Source of the DNA: an uncultured Gemmatimonadales bacterium
GTDB lineage: Bacteria; Gemmatimonadota; Gemmatimonadetes; Gemmatimonadales; GWC2-71-9
Reading direction: 5' to 3'
NCBI GenBank assembly: GCA_963730185.1
Contig: CAVSQW010000015.1
Location: forward strand, 288,001 to 352,000
DNA: 64,000 bases
The stretch's first letter is position 1. The number at the start of each line of letters is the position of its first letter. This document shows positions 32,291-43,491 of this stretch, one piece after another. Both the position numbers and the translations under genes were made by a program. The notes under the pieces are model-generated. The model was not told the origin of the DNA, did not search any database, and saw only the letters and a list, made by a program, of their open reading frames with translations.

Positions 32291-32354
32291 GGAAAATGGT
32301 CCGGTAGGCGCTTAGTTGGTGCGCTGGGTGCCGGGCTTCGATCGAGTTTGATGA

Positions 32355-32720
32355 ATGCGGGTCTACGAGCGGTTGGTCGCCTGGCAACGGTGCCACGAGT
32401 TGGTGCTCTCGGTGTATCGGCTCACCCGGGCGTGGCCGGGGGACGAGCGCTACGGGTTGACGAGGCAGAGTCGGCGGGCTGCCGCCTCGGCGGCCGCGAA
32501 CATCGCGGAAGGCGCCGCCCGGTCAGGGCGACGCGAGTACGCTCGGTTTCTCGAAATCGCGGTGGGCTCGCTGGCCGAGCTCTCGTACTGGATCCGCCTG
32601 GCCAACGACCTCGGGTACCTCGAGGCCGATCGCGCAGCCGAACTCGAGGGCCTCCGTGCTCGCGCCGCCGCCCTGACCTGGCGGCTCTACCGACGTATCA
32701 AGGCAGGCCCCGGCACCTAG
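32355..32720 (+). CDS. Four-helix-bundle protein (23S rRNA intervening-sequence protein family)
   Basis: YERLVAWQ, WP.DERYGLT.Q.RRAA.S..ANIAEG and FL.IA.GSL.E motifs. Confidence 0.92.
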   Translation: MRVYERLVAWQRCHELVLSVYRLTRAWPGDERYGLTRQSRRAAASAAANIAEGAARSGRREYARFLEIAVGSLAELSYWIRLANDLGYLEADRAAELEGLRARAAALTWRLYRRIKAGPGT

Positions 32721-32760
32721 CCACGCCCCTCCCCATCCCTCCCCATCCCTCCCAACCCCC
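32721..32760. repeat. Right decamer array (CCCCATCCCT)n, inverted relative to the left array
   Basis: 32731-32750 is the exact reverse complement of 32251-32270. Confidence 0.85.
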
Positions 32761-34079
32761 TACTCGTACCTCAACGCATCCACCGGATCCAGCCTCGCCG
32801 CCTTGTTCGCCGGATAGAGCCCGAAGAACACCCCCGTCACCGCCGAGGCCGCCAGGGCGGCGACGACGGACCAGAGCGGGACCGAGGCCGGGATCGGGGT
32901 GAAGTGCTGCACCGCCCACGCGATGCCAGCGCCCAGGGCCATGCCGATCGCGCCGCCGAGGAGCGTCAGCGTGGCGGCCTCGACGAGGAACTGGAACATG
33001 ATCTCCCGGCGGGTGGCGCCCAGCGCCTTCCGGACGCCGATCTCCCGGGTCCGTTCGGTCACCGAGATCATCATGATCGCCACCACGCCCACGCCGCCGA
33101 CCAGGAGGCCCACGCTGGAGAGGGCCAGCATCACCAGGAAGAAGCCGCCGGTGACCTTGTTGAAGGTCTCCAGGAGCTTGTCCTGGGTGACGATCGCAAA
33201 GTTGTTGTCCTTCCCCGGGCCGAGGCCCCGGCTCGCGCGGAGGGCCGAGATGACCTCGTCCTGCGCCACGCTCACCGCGACGGTATCGGCGGGCCGGACC
33301 AGGACCATCAGCCAGCCGCGGTCGAACTCGGCCACCTTGGTGAAGGTGGTGTGGGGCAGGACTACGACCGGAAAGTCGGAGTCGGAGAAGAGGCTCGCGG
33401 CCTCGACGTAGAGGCCGACGACGGTCATCGGAATGCCGTTGACCTTGACCCGGCGCCCGAGGGGGTCGAGCTGGCCGAAGAGCCGCTTGGCGACGTTGTC
33501 GTTGATGAGCGTGACCGGCGCCCCGGCGGCGAACTCCACCTGGGTGAAGTTCCGGCCCGCCCGGAGCGTGCCCCCCGCCACCCGGAGCAGGTTGGGCGTC
33601 GCGCCCACGATGTTGACCGAGCTCAGGTTGACCGAGCCGGCCGAGACCGGCCCTCCGGTGTCCTCGCGCCACCCTACCTGTTCGACGCCGGGGAGCCGCT
33701 GGAGCATCCGGGCTTCGGCCACGGTGATCGGCGGGTTCCGCCGCCAGGGGCTCATCTCGTCCGAGCCGTCGCTCACCTGGACGCCGCCCCGGAAGAACCG
33801 CTGGACGAAAAAGGTCCTGGGGCCGGCCTGCTCGATCATCCCGCTGACCGCGTTGTTGATCCCGGTGATCATCGACGCCATCGCAATGACCACCATCACG
33901 CCGATGGCCACCCCCAAGATGGTGAGGGCGGCCCGGGCCTTGTTGACCCGGATCGACTCGAGCGCGATCCCGACCCCTTCGAAGAGCCGGGCCGGATCGA
34001 GGAGGCTGACCCGGCCGATCCGGCGCCGAGCCGGGGCGGGGGCGCCGCCGCCCCGCCAGTCCATCACTCCGCCGGTCAT
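32760..34079 (-). CDS. MacB/FtsX-type ABC permease
   Basis: LTILGVAIG, TERTREIG and DPVDALRYE motifs. ATGA coupling at 34076-34079. Confidence 0.92.
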   Translation of the reverse strand: MTGGVMDWRGGGAPAPARRRIGRVSLLDPARLFEGVGIALESIRVNKARAALTILGVAIGVMVVIAMASMITGINNAVSGMIEQAGPRTFFVQRFFRGGVQVSDGSDEMSPWRRNPPITVAEARMLQRLPGVEQVGWREDTGGPVSAGSVNLSSVNIVGATPNLLRVAGGTLRAGRNFTQVEFAAGAPVTLINDNVAKRLFGQLDPLGRRVKVNGIPMTVVGLYVEAASLFSDSDFPVVVLPHTTFTKVAEFDRGWLMVLVRPADTVAVSVAQDEVISALRASRGLGPGKDNNFAIVTQDKLLETFNKVTGGFFLVMLALSSVGLLVGGVGVVAIMMISVTERTREIGVRKALGATRREIMFQFLVEAATLTLLGGAIGMALGAGIAWAVQHFTPIPASVPLWSVVAALAASAVTGVFFGLYPANKAARLDPVDALRYE

Positions 34080-35317
34080 TCGGCCCTCAACGCGTCGATC
34101 GGATCGAGCTTGGAGGCGCGGTTGGCCGGGTAGACGCCGGCCACCATTCCGACGAACACGCCCAGGAAGACCCCCAGTCCCACCGACCAGGGCGCGACGG
34201 CCGCCGGGAGCGGCGTAAAGGCCTTGACGGTGTAGGCGAGCAGGATCCCGAGGCCGATGCCGATCCCGGCGCCGACGGCCGAGACAGTGGCCGACTCGAT
34301 GATGAACTGCGCCAGGATGTCCCGTCGCTTGGCGCCAAGCGCCTTTCGGATCCCGATCTCCCGGGTCCGTTCGGTCACCGCCATCAGCATGATGTTCATG
34401 ATCACGATCCCGCCCACCACCAAGGAGATCGCCACCAGCCCGGGGAGCGCCGCGAACAGGACCGCCGAGATCTTCCGCCAGCCGGAGAGGGCGCCTTCGG
34501 CGGTCTGGAGGGCGAAGTTGTCCCCCTGATTCGGCCGGAGGCGGCGGCGGACCCGCATGATCTCCTCGGTCTGGTTCACGGCCTGCGTCATCTGCCCGGG
34601 GCCTGAGGCCTGGACGTGGAACTCGTCCATGAAACCGTACCGGCAGGCGGCCCGCTGGGCCGGCGAGTCGAACGGGGCGACCGCGAACTTGTCGAGCGAG
34701 ATCCCGAAGAGGGTTCCCTGCTTGGCGACCACGCCGATGATCCGGTACGGCAGCCCGTCGATGGTGACCTTCTTGGTGAGCGGATCGACCCCGGGGAAGA
34801 GGCCCTCGGCCACGTCGAAGCCGAGCACCACGACCGGCATCCCGACCTTGGCCTCCTGGGGCGTGAAGGGGCGGCCGGCCGCGAACTCCCAGTCCTTGAT
34901 CCGGAAGTAGGCCGGGTCGGTGACGGTGACCCGAATCTGCTTCGCGGTCTTGCCCTCGGCCATGATCGGGAGCTGCTCGTCGCAGTACCGCGAGAACACC
35001 GCCGGGGTGGCGAGCTTGGTCCGGATGGCCTGGGCATCCTGCTCGTTGATCCGGGGGCGGCGCATCCACTCGCGCCACATGTCGTCGGTGATGTTGCCCA
35101 TGTTGAAGTTGGGCATCCGGCGGACCTGGAACGTATTGAGGCCGATCAGCCGGTTGGCGAACTCGTCCTCCATGTACACGTTCATGCCCTGCACGATCGA
35201 CACGACTGCGATCAGGAAGGTGACGCCGATCAGCACCCCGAGCAGGCTGAAGAAGCTCTTGAGCTTCTGGGCCCAGAGGGTGGTGAGGGCCATCCGGAGC
35301 GCTTCGACGATCGGCAT
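34076..35317 (-). CDS. MacB/FtsX-type ABC permease
   Basis: KLKSFFSLLG and GGIVIMNIML.AVTERTREIG motifs. Confidence 0.93.
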   Translation of the reverse strand: MPIVEALRMALTTLWAQKLKSFFSLLGVLIGVTFLIAVVSIVQGMNVYMEDEFANRLIGLNTFQVRRMPNFNMGNITDDMWREWMRRPRINEQDAQAIRTKLATPAVFSRYCDEQLPIMAEGKTAKQIRVTVTDPAYFRIKDWEFAAGRPFTPQEAKVGMPVVVLGFDVAEGLFPGVDPLTKKVTIDGLPYRIIGVVAKQGTLFGISLDKFAVAPFDSPAQRAACRYGFMDEFHVQASGPGQMTQAVNQTEEIMRVRRRLRPNQGDNFALQTAEGALSGWRKISAVLFAALPGLVAISLVVGGIVIMNIMLMAVTERTREIGIRKALGAKRRDILAQFIIESATVSAVGAGIGIGLGILLAYTVKAFTPLPAAVAPWSVGLGVFLGVFVGMVAGVYPANRASKLDPIDALRAE

Positions 35318-36021
35318 CAGGCCGCCTCGACTCGCTCCTGTCGGACGTCGGAGGCGATCCGGCCGTCGCGGAGGGTGACGACCCGGGCCGCATGCGCGGC
35401 GATGTCGGACTCGTGGGTGACCAGCACGATGGTCTGCCCCTGCTGGTGCAGGAGATCGAACACCCGCATCACGTCGGCGCTGGTGGTGCTGTCCAGGTTG
35501 CCGGTGGGCTCGTCGGCCAGGAGGAGGGAAGGCTCGTTGACCAGGGCGCGGGCGATCGCCACCCGCTGGCGCTGGCCGCCCGAGAGCTCGTTGGGCCGGT
35601 GGTCCATCCGGTTGCCGAGCCCCACCCGGTCCAGGGCCTGACGGGCCTGCTGCCGCCGTTGGCGGGACGGCATGCCGGCGTAGACCAGGGGCAGCTCCAC
35701 GTTCTGGAGCGCGCTGGCCCGGGGGAGCAGGTTGAAGGTCTGGAACACGAAGCCGATCTCGCGGTTCCGGACCCGCGCCAGGGCGTCGTCCGACATCCGC
35801 GAGACTTCCTGGCCGTTGAGCCAGTACTCCCCCCGGCTGGGCGTGTCGAGACAGCCCAGGACGTTCATCATGGTGGACTTCCCGGAACCCGACGGCCCCA
35901 TGATCGCCACGTACTCGTTGCGGCGGATCTCGAGCGACACGCCCTGGAGGGCACGCACCCGCTCGGCCCCGAGCAGGTACTCGCGCTCGAGATCGATGAC
36001 CTGAATGACGAGGTCGGTCAT
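35317..36021 (-). CDS. ABC transporter ATP-binding protein (LolD/MacB-like)
   Basis: [17 protein letters not shown] and [10 protein letters not shown] motifs. Confidence 0.95.
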   Translation of the reverse strand: MTDLVIQVIDLEREYLLGAERVRALQGVSLEIRRNEYVAIMGPSGSGKSTMMNVLGCLDTPSRGEYWLNGQEVSRMSDDALARVRNREIGFVFQTFNLLPRASALQNVELPLVYAGMPSRQRRQQARQALDRVGLGNRMDHRPNELSGGQRQRVAIARALVNEPSLLLADEPTGNLDSTTSADVMRVFDLLHQQGQTIVLVTHESDIAAHAARVVTLRDGRIASDVRQERVEAA

Positions 36022-37298
36022 GGCAGCTTGGCCGGATTCCCGGTCTTGGTCGCCTTGACCCGGGTGGAGTCCTTGAGGTCGCGCACCACCTGGTACGGGC
36101 CGGCGACGATCGAGTCGCCGACCTTGAGGCCGTCGAGCACCTCGAAGTACTCGTCGCCCGCGATCCCGACTTTGACGGGCCGGAAGGTGGCGACGCCGTC
36201 CTGCACCACGAACACGCCTTCGCGGTCCTTTTCCTGGTCGGCCGTCGAGCTGGCCGGGGCCGAGCCGCCGGCCGGCTTGAGCTCGTTGGGCAGATCCTCG
36301 TGCTGCCGGACGGTCAGCGCGATGATCGGGAGGGCGACCGCCTGGCTCCGGGTGTCGGTCACGATCCGGGCCGTGGCCGAGAGGTCGGGCCGGATCGCCA
36401 CCGGCGGATTGTCGAGGGTCACCTCGACGTCGAAGTCCACGGCCCGGTCGGTCGAGCTGCCCGAGGTCGCGGTCGACGCGACGGTCGCTGCGTTGGAGAT
36501 CTTGGTGACCCGGCCGACAAAGGTGCTGTCCGGGAAGGCGTCGATGGTCACCTCGACCGAGTCGCCCATCTGGACCCGGACCACGTCGGTCTCGTCGACC
36601 TTGACCTTGGCCAGGATCCTCGACAGATCGGCGATGGTCATCAGCCGGCCGGTCTCCCGCGAGAAGGTGCCGGGCACGGCGACCTCGCCCTCCTCGACCG
36701 GGAGCCGAACCACCCGGCCGCTGATCGGCGACACCAGCCGGGTCTTGGCCAGCTGGTCGCGGGCCTCGGAGAGCGAGCCCCTGGCCTGATCCACGCCGGC
36801 CTGCGCGGCGTTGTAGTTGGCCACCCCGACGTCGTACTGCTGCTGCGACTGCTCGACCTGCTCCTGGGAGACCAGCGCCGTGTTGATCTTCCGCATCTCG
36901 ACCCACCGGTCGAGCTGGCGCTTGGCCTGGTCGCGGTTGGTCTGGGCCTGGACCAGCGTCGCCTGGCTGGATGCCAGCAGGCCTTCGAGGCGCTTGACCG
37001 CCGACTCGTACTGGGCCGGATCGATCTGGACCAGGAACTGTCCCTTCTGGACCAGGTCGCCTTCCTTCACCCCGAGCTTGACGATCCGCCCGGTGATGTC
37101 GGAGCTGATGTCGACCTGACTCTCGGCCTCAATCCGGCCGCTGGCGGTAACCGCCGCGACCAGATCACGCTGGCCCACCGTCTCGAGGCGGGCGTCGACG
37201 GCGCGTCCACCCCGTTTCGCGGCGGCGAGGGCGAAAAAGGTACCGCCAATGACGATGATCGCCACCGCGGTCAGACCGATCTTGGTGCCTCGTGACAT
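36018..37298 (-). CDS. Efflux membrane-fusion (MacA-like) adaptor
   Basis: N-terminal TM helix, lipoyl halves VKEGD.V.KG and SPISG.V, coiled coil. Confidence 0.92.
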   Translation of the reverse strand: MSRGTKIGLTAVAIIVIGGTFFALAAAKRGGRAVDARLETVGQRDLVAAVTASGRIEAESQVDISSDITGRIVKLGVKEGDLVQKGQFLVQIDPAQYESAVKRLEGLLASSQATLVQAQTNRDQAKRQLDRWVEMRKINTALVSQEQVEQSQQQYDVGVANYNAAQAGVDQARGSLSEARDQLAKTRLVSPISGRVVRLPVEEGEVAVPGTFSRETGRLMTIADLSRILAKVKVDETDVVRVQMGDSVEVTIDAFPDSTFVGRVTKISNAATVASTATSGSSTDRAVDFDVEVTLDNPPVAIRPDLSATARIVTDTRSQAVALPIIALTVRQHEDLPNELKPAGGSAPASSTADQEKDREGVFVVQDGVATFRPVKVGIAGDEYFEVLDGLKVGDSIVAGPYQVVRDLKDSTRVKATKTGNPAKLP

Positions 37299-37316
37299 GA
37301 GATCCCTGCCCCGCGA

Positions 37317-38870
37317 CTAGCGGAGTGGCCGGCCCACCGCCAGCTCCAGCGCGGCGATGGCCTTGTGGTAGTCGTACACCGCGTTGATGTAGTCGCCCTC
37401 GGCCCGCTGCAGGTTGTTCTGGGCGTCGGTGACGTCGAGCGCGCTGCCGCTGCCGAGCCGGTAGCGATCCTGCGCCAACTGAAGCTGATCCCGCGACGCG
37501 TCGCGGTTTGCGGTCTGGACCCCGATCGACTGATAGGCGGTCTCCACGGCCAGCAGCCGGCCCTGCACATCGGCTCGGACCTGCAGGGCGCGAGCCCGCA
37601 CGTTCTCTTCGGCGTCGTCCCGCTGGGCTCGGGCCTGCGCCACCTGGAGGTTCCGCGAGAAGTTGTCGAAGATCGGCAGCGACACCCGCACGCTGGCCTG
37701 GAACGGCTGCCGGGTGAAGCTGAAGGGGAAGACGTTGTTCGCGTTCCGGATGGCATCCGCGGTCCCGGGCAACAGGCCATCGCCGGTCGCGTTCAGGTCG
37801 TACTCGCCGAAACAGTCGCCGATCACGCCGCCGTTCGGATATCCGGGTACGCCCCCGCCGGGCAGGGCCTGGATCAGCGAGTTCTGGAACTGGCAGTTGC
37901 CCGCGTTCCGCTGGCCTTGGGCCAGGGCCTGTCCCAGCAGGACATTCTCGTTGGTGAACTGCTGGGTGAATCCCTGCCACGAAGCCGCGAAGCTCAGGCT
38001 CGGCAGGAAGCGGGACTTCTCCGCCTTGAGCGCCCAGGCGGCCGACGATTCGCGGGCTCGGAGGGCCTTGAGCTGCGGGTTCTGCTCCTGGGCGGTCGCC
38101 AGGAGCGGGCCGAGCTGCCAGCTCGGCTCCGACACGGGAAACGAGTCGGCCAGGGCGACCTCGTCGAGGCCCACCGGGATCTCCACGCCCATCCGGCGGA
38201 AGAGCTCGAGCTTGGCCTCCTTCTCGGTCTGATTGGCGCGAAGCAACGCCACCTCGGCGGTGCCTCGCTGCACCTGGGCCTGCTTCACGTCCAAGATGGT
38301 GGCCTGGCCAACCTGGTAGCGGGCCTGGGCCAGCTGGAGGAAGGCCTCGTTCCGCTGGACCTGCTGGCGGGCCACGTCGGTCTGGGCAATGGCCTGAAGG
38401 GTGGTGAAGTACTGGAACGAGATGTCGTAGCGAAGCTGCTCCGTGGCGTTGCCGATGTCTTCCGAGATGGCGTGCTGGAGCGCCTTCTGCTGGCCGGGCG
38501 CGGTCAACGTCCGACCGTCCAACGCCCAGTTGACGTTCACGCCGTACCCGGAAGTCAGCGAGGGCGAGGTCTGATTGAACAGCGAGCCACCGAACGTCGC
38601 GCTGCCGGCGCCCGTGTAGCCGAAGCTGCCGCCCACCGAGAGGCTCGGCAGGAACATCGTCGCGTAGGCGTTCCGAACGCCCCAGCGCGCCGCCCCGGCA
38701 TTGTTCAAGGTCTGCCGGTAGGTCGGGCTGTTCTTCTGCGCCTGCTCGATAGCTTCGGCGAGGGTCAGCGTGGCGCGGGGCGTCGGACGGGCTCCCGCAT
38801 CCGGCTGCTGCGCGGCCAGCGGTGACACCGCGAGCAGGAGGACAGACGCAATCCAGGAGCTTCGAAGCAT
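37317..38870 (-). CDS. TolC family outer-membrane protein
   Basis: Signal peptide, LTLAEAI..A..NSP, RYQVG....LDV..AQ repeats. Confidence 0.92.
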   Translation of the reverse strand: MLRSSWIASVLLLAVSPLAAQQPDAGARPTPRATLTLAEAIEQAQKNSPTYRQTLNNAGAARWGVRNAYATMFLPSLSVGGSFGYTGAGSATFGGSLFNQTSPSLTSGYGVNVNWALDGRTLTAPGQQKALQHAISEDIGNATEQLRYDISFQYFTTLQAIAQTDVARQQVQRNEAFLQLAQARYQVGQATILDVKQAQVQRGTAEVALLRANQTEKEAKLELFRRMGVEIPVGLDEVALADSFPVSEPSWQLGPLLATAQEQNPQLKALRARESSAAWALKAEKSRFLPSLSFAASWQGFTQQFTNENVLLGQALAQGQRNAGNCQFQNSLIQALPGGGVPGYPNGGVIGDCFGEYDLNATGDGLLPGTADAIRNANNVFPFSFTRQPFQASVRVSLPIFDNFSRNLQVAQARAQRDDAEENVRARALQVRADVQGRLLAVETAYQSIGVQTANRDASRDQLQLAQDRYRLGSGSALDVTDAQNNLQRAEGDYINAVYDYHKAIAALELAVGRPLR

Positions 38871-39171
38871 CGAGTCGCGATCCTTTCCCGTGTGAGCACT
38901 GTGGGACGGCCTCTAGTACGCGGCGCGGTGCTCTCAGGTTTCATGTTGAGACAGCATGACCATAAAACCTTGGCATGTTGTCACTTGCGAATGATACCAC
39001 GGGCGAATGCCGTCCGGAACCGCGACAAGACATAACGAAGGGTTCGTGCCGGGGCGGTGGCAGACGACAACCCCTTGTGGGACAAGCGGATCCCGTCGGC
39101 GTGCCGAGCCGGGCCGGTCGCCGACCCGACCGAAGCCGGGACGCCGGATCCCGAAACCGGGACGCGACCGG

Positions 39172-39789
39172 TCAGGGGAGGAGGTCGACCAGTCGGTCCA
39201 AGAGGTGATCGAGGAGGGCGCGTCCCTTGTCGGCGGAGACCGTCAGGCCCGGGGGGATTCGGTCGCGGTCGACGCAGTCGGGGGCGATGAAGAGGAGCAG
39301 CGAGGTGTCGACCTCGCCGCCATGAATGGGCGCCTCCGGGGCGTCGATCAGATCGCCGAAGACGCCGCCGAGCACGTCGATCATCCGGACGGTCCCGATG
39401 GTGCGGATGGTACTGAGGGCCTCGTGGTGACCTTCGCTCGCGTGGGCGGTGAGGATGGTGATGTCCTGGACCTTTGCCTCGGTTTCCCACCCGGCGATAA
39501 GTTCGTTCATCACCCGATGCAGGGTCTTCCGGGTGAGGCCGGCGGCGCCCGGTCCGGCTTCCTCGGACGACGCGTGCACGCCGAAGCCGATGGCCGGCGC
39601 GCGCGGAATGCCGGTGCGGGCGGAGAGGTCGTCCGTGAGTCGCTCCAGGATGATGGTGTCGCAGCCCAGGGGGAGGTGTGGACCTCTGGGCGCCAGCGTC
39701 CCGACCGGGACGAGCAGGCGGGGCGAGCGGGCCAGCATCTCGGCCGCCCGGCCGGGGGTCATCTCACTCAACCGAATCGGATCGTCCAT
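39172..39789 (-). CDS. Creatininase-family protein (degenerate metal site)
   Basis: L.EMT, VPVG....GPHLPLG.D and HGGE.DTS motifs. Confidence 0.8.
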   Translation of the reverse strand: MDDPIRLSEMTPGRAAEMLARSPRLLVPVGTLAPRGPHLPLGCDTIILERLTDDLSARTGIPRAPAIGFGVHASSEEAGPGAAGLTRKTLHRVMNELIAGWETEAKVQDITILTAHASEGHHEALSTIRTIGTVRMIDVLGGVFGDLIDAPEAPIHGGEVDTSLLLFIAPDCVDRDRIPPGLTVSADKGRALLDHLLDRLVDLLP

Positions 39790-39792
39790 CTC

Positions 39793-42700
39793 GTGACCTC
39801 GCGCCCCTGGTGGTTGGCCTGTCTGGTGCTGGCGGAGCTCGCCGTGGGCGAGTGGATCCGGGCGCCGGGTCCAGCGGTGGCCCTCGTCGCCGTCGGACTG
39901 CTGGTGGTGGCCGGCGCGACCCTGCTCCGACGGGGGTGGCTGGCACGGACGCTGGCCCTGGCTCTCATCGTCCAGGCCGTCGTGCTCGGGATGGCGGAGG
40001 CCTCGCTCCGCTCGATCCAGCACGACTGGTCGCGAGTTCGCGAGAGTCGGATCACCGCCGCCGCGACCCGCTGGGAACAGGACCTGGCCGGTGCCCGGTC
40101 GGTGGCGGAGCGGCTGGCCGGGCTCGCGCTCCGGGCGGCCGGGCTCGATCGGGAGGCGTCGTTCAACGCCCTGGCCCGCCTGGTAGCGCGGGAGCCGATG
40201 GAGCTCGGCATCGCGGTGCTCGAGCCGGATGGCGTGCCCTACGCCTGGGCCGGGCGTCATCGGCTGGCGCCGGAGGTCGAGGGCGACTCCCTCGATTTTC
40301 GTGCTACCCCATACTACGCGGTGATGGAGTCCCGCCGCCATCTCGCCTCGGGGCGGACGGTGGTGGTGTCGGCGCTGCTGGCGGCGGACTCCACCGTGCC
40401 GGACCAGGGACAGAGCCTGGCCCGCCGGTTCGAGGACGCCAGCGAGGTCGGGCTCATGATCCTGCCGCCCGGGGTGGCGCCCGACACCTCGGACGTGTTC
40501 GACTACGTGGAGCCGACGACCGCGGGTCCGCGGCTGTTGTTCAGCGTGCAGCTCTCGCCCCCGTCGCAGTCGGTGTCGTTCGAGCGGACCCATCGGCGGG
40601 GCTCGGTGCGGGTGATCCTGCTCGCCGTCCTGGTCTGGGGGCTGGGCCTGGTGGTGGCCCGGCCCGGCTCCCCGCGGTACGTGCTCCTGCTCCTCCCGGT
40701 GGCCGCCGCGCTTCGGGTCCCGCTGGGCGAGGCGCTGGGTCTCCCGGTGCTCTTTTCGCCCCGGCTCTTCTTCCATCCGCTGCTCGGCCCGCTCTCGCAG
40801 GCGGCCGGACCGCTCGCCCTGGCCAGCGCGACGCTGGTCGTGCTGGGGCTGGTCTGGCTGGGGCGGCGCCGGTTTACCCACTGGCGTTTCGCACCCGTGG
40901 CCGCGGTGTTGCTGCTGGGGGCGCCGTTTCTGGTGAGTCTGTTGGGTCGCGGGATCCAGGTCCCGACCGATGGCGCCGGGACCGGTCTCTGGCTGGTGTG
41001 GCAGGTCACGATCTTCCTGATGGCGAGCGCGATCGTCACCGTGGCGGCCGGGCTGCTCCCGGCGGCCCGGCCGGGGCGCTGGCGGCACTGGCCGCCGATC
41101 GCGGGGGCGGTCGTGGGCGTGGGCGCGGCGGTGGTGGGGGTGGTGATCTGGAACGCTCGCTACGGTTGGCCCGACTGGTACCCGGTGCTCTGGGCGGTGG
41201 CGCTCGGCCTGGTGATCTGGCCCGGCCGGCGATCCCTCACCCTGCTCGGCCTTGGGGTGTCGGTGGGGAGCGCGGCGGCCCTGATGGTCTGGGGCGCGGA
41301 GGTGGAGAACCGGGTCCGGGCGGCCCGGGCCGATCTCGCGGCCCTGGGCGAGCGGGCCGATCCGATCGCGGTCCCCCTGCTGGAGCGGTTCGCCCGGCAG
41401 ACCGCGTTAGGCGCACCGCCCCAGACCACGTCGGAGCTCTTCGCGCTCTGGCGGACCACGGCGCTGGGCCGCCAGGGCTTCCCGGCGGCGCTCGGGCTTT
41501 GGGGGCCGGGTGGCGAGCTCAAGGCCGAGTTGCGGCTCGACGAGCTCGACCTCCCGGATTCGTTGGTGAGCCGGATGGTGCGCGAGTTCCGGCCCGAGGA
41601 GGAGGAACACATCGAGGCGCTCCAGCGGATTCCCTCGGTGCACTACCTGGCCCTGATCCGGTTGGCGCCGACCACGACCCTGAGTGTCGGGCTCGGGCCC
41701 CGCACGGCCTTGCTCCCCAGGGCCCGGCTGGGGCGATTGCTGGAGCCGGCCCGACCGAGTCGCGATCCCTACCGCCTGACGCTGGCGCCGACGTTCTCAC
41801 TCAACCCGCCCGAGAACGAGGTGCAGCCGTTCCGCCGGGAAGGGTGGGTGGCGCGAGGGGAGCGAACGGTCGGGATGGGCGACGGCTCACGCGACGTGTA
41901 CGCCGCCGTGGAGCTGGGCTCGCCGACGGGGCTCATGGTCCGGGGGGCGCTGCTGGTGGTGATCGACCTGACGGTGCTCTTCGCGCTGGCGGGGTTTGCC
42001 GGGTGGCTCGCCGGCGGGGCGGTGGGGCGGCCGTCGTGGCTTCCCGAGGCACGGGCCTTCCGGAGCCGGATCGCCATGGCGTTGGGCGCCTTCTTCGTGG
42101 TGCCGGCGACCGGGTTCGCGCTGATCAACATCATCGAGATCGCCCAGGACGGCCAATCGCGGCGCGACCTGATGATCGCTCAGACGCTCCGGGATGCGTC
42201 GCCGGCGGCCACGCTTCCCTTGACCCAGGGAGTGCCGCTGGACCAGGCGTTGGAGGGCCTGGCCCAACGGGTCGACGCCAACTTGGTGCTCTATCAGGAC
42301 GGCCGGTTGGTCGCCTCCAACGGCGGACCCAGGCGGATCGCCCTCGGCCTCGGGGACTCCCGCGAGGCGGGCGTCTTCGAGGACTTCGGGCTGGTCAGCC
42401 CGTTGATCGCCCCAAGCGTCTTTCACCGGATCGCGATCGAGGGCGAGCCGACGGCCGTCACTGGCGGGCCCTCGGCCACCCTCCCGACCCGGATCGGCGT
42501 CCGGAGTGTGCGGCTTCCCACCGGTGAGGCCGCGATGCTGGCGTCGCCCCAGGCGATCGCCGATCCGGTCATCACGGCCCAGCAGCTGGACCTGGCCTAC
42601 CTGATGGCCCTGGCGGTGGTGGTCGGTCTCCTGGCCGCGTTGGTGGGCGCCAATCTCTCGGCCCGGGCGCTCTCCCGGCCGGTGGCGGATCTCCGCGGGG

Positions 42701-43491
42701 CGGCGCTGGCCTTCGGCCGGGGGGAGCCGCTGCCGGCTCCCCGGGGCACGACCCCGACCGAGTTCCAGCCAGTGTTCGCCGCCCTCCAGAAGATGGGGGA
42801 CGATATCCGGGAGACCCAGGAGGCCCAGGAGCGGGCCGCCCGGGTGCTGGCCTGGGGCGAGATGGCCAACCAGATCGCCCACGAGATCAAGAACCCGCTG
42901 ACCCCGATGCGGCTCGGGATCCAGCATCTGCTCCGGGTCCAGCGCGACGGCCGGGCCCCGCTCGGCCCGACCCTGGAGGAGACGTCGCGCCGGATCCTGG
43001 GGGAGATCGACCGGCTCGACACCATCGCCCGGGCCTTCAGCCGGTTCGCGGCGCCGCGGGAGGGCCAGCCGGCGCCCGAGCCGGTGGCGTTAGGCAACGT
43101 GGTCCGGGAGGTGGCCGCCCTCTACGCCATCGCCCCCGGCGCCAGCCAGGTCCGGGTCGAGGCCGAGGACGAGGTGCCGGTGCTGGCTCATCAGGACGAG
43201 GTGAAGGAGGCGCTGATCAACCTGCTGGAGAACGCCCGGAACGCCTCGGCGGCGACCATCACGGTCCGGGTCGAGGGGCCGGTGCTCCGGGTCGTGGACG
43301 ACGGCGAGGGGATTCCCGCGGATCGGTTGCCCCGGATCTTCGAGCCCCGGTTCTCCACCACGACCAGCGGCTCGGGGCTTGGTCTCGCGATCGTGAAACG
43401 GCTGGTCGAGGCCTGGGGCGCCTCGATCGAGGTGACCAGCGATGCGGGGCGAGGGACCGAGGTGGCCATCCGGTTCCGCCCGGCCGGCGGG

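Noticed and set aside
32355..32720. Four-helix bundle as DGR Avd or as part of a 23S rRNA gene
   Set aside because: No reverse transcriptase, TR/VR pair or rRNA sequence is seen in the window.
39007..39792. N-terminal extension giving a 1501-aa kinase
   Set aside because: It overlaps the creatininase-family gene on the other strand and reads as shadow sequence.
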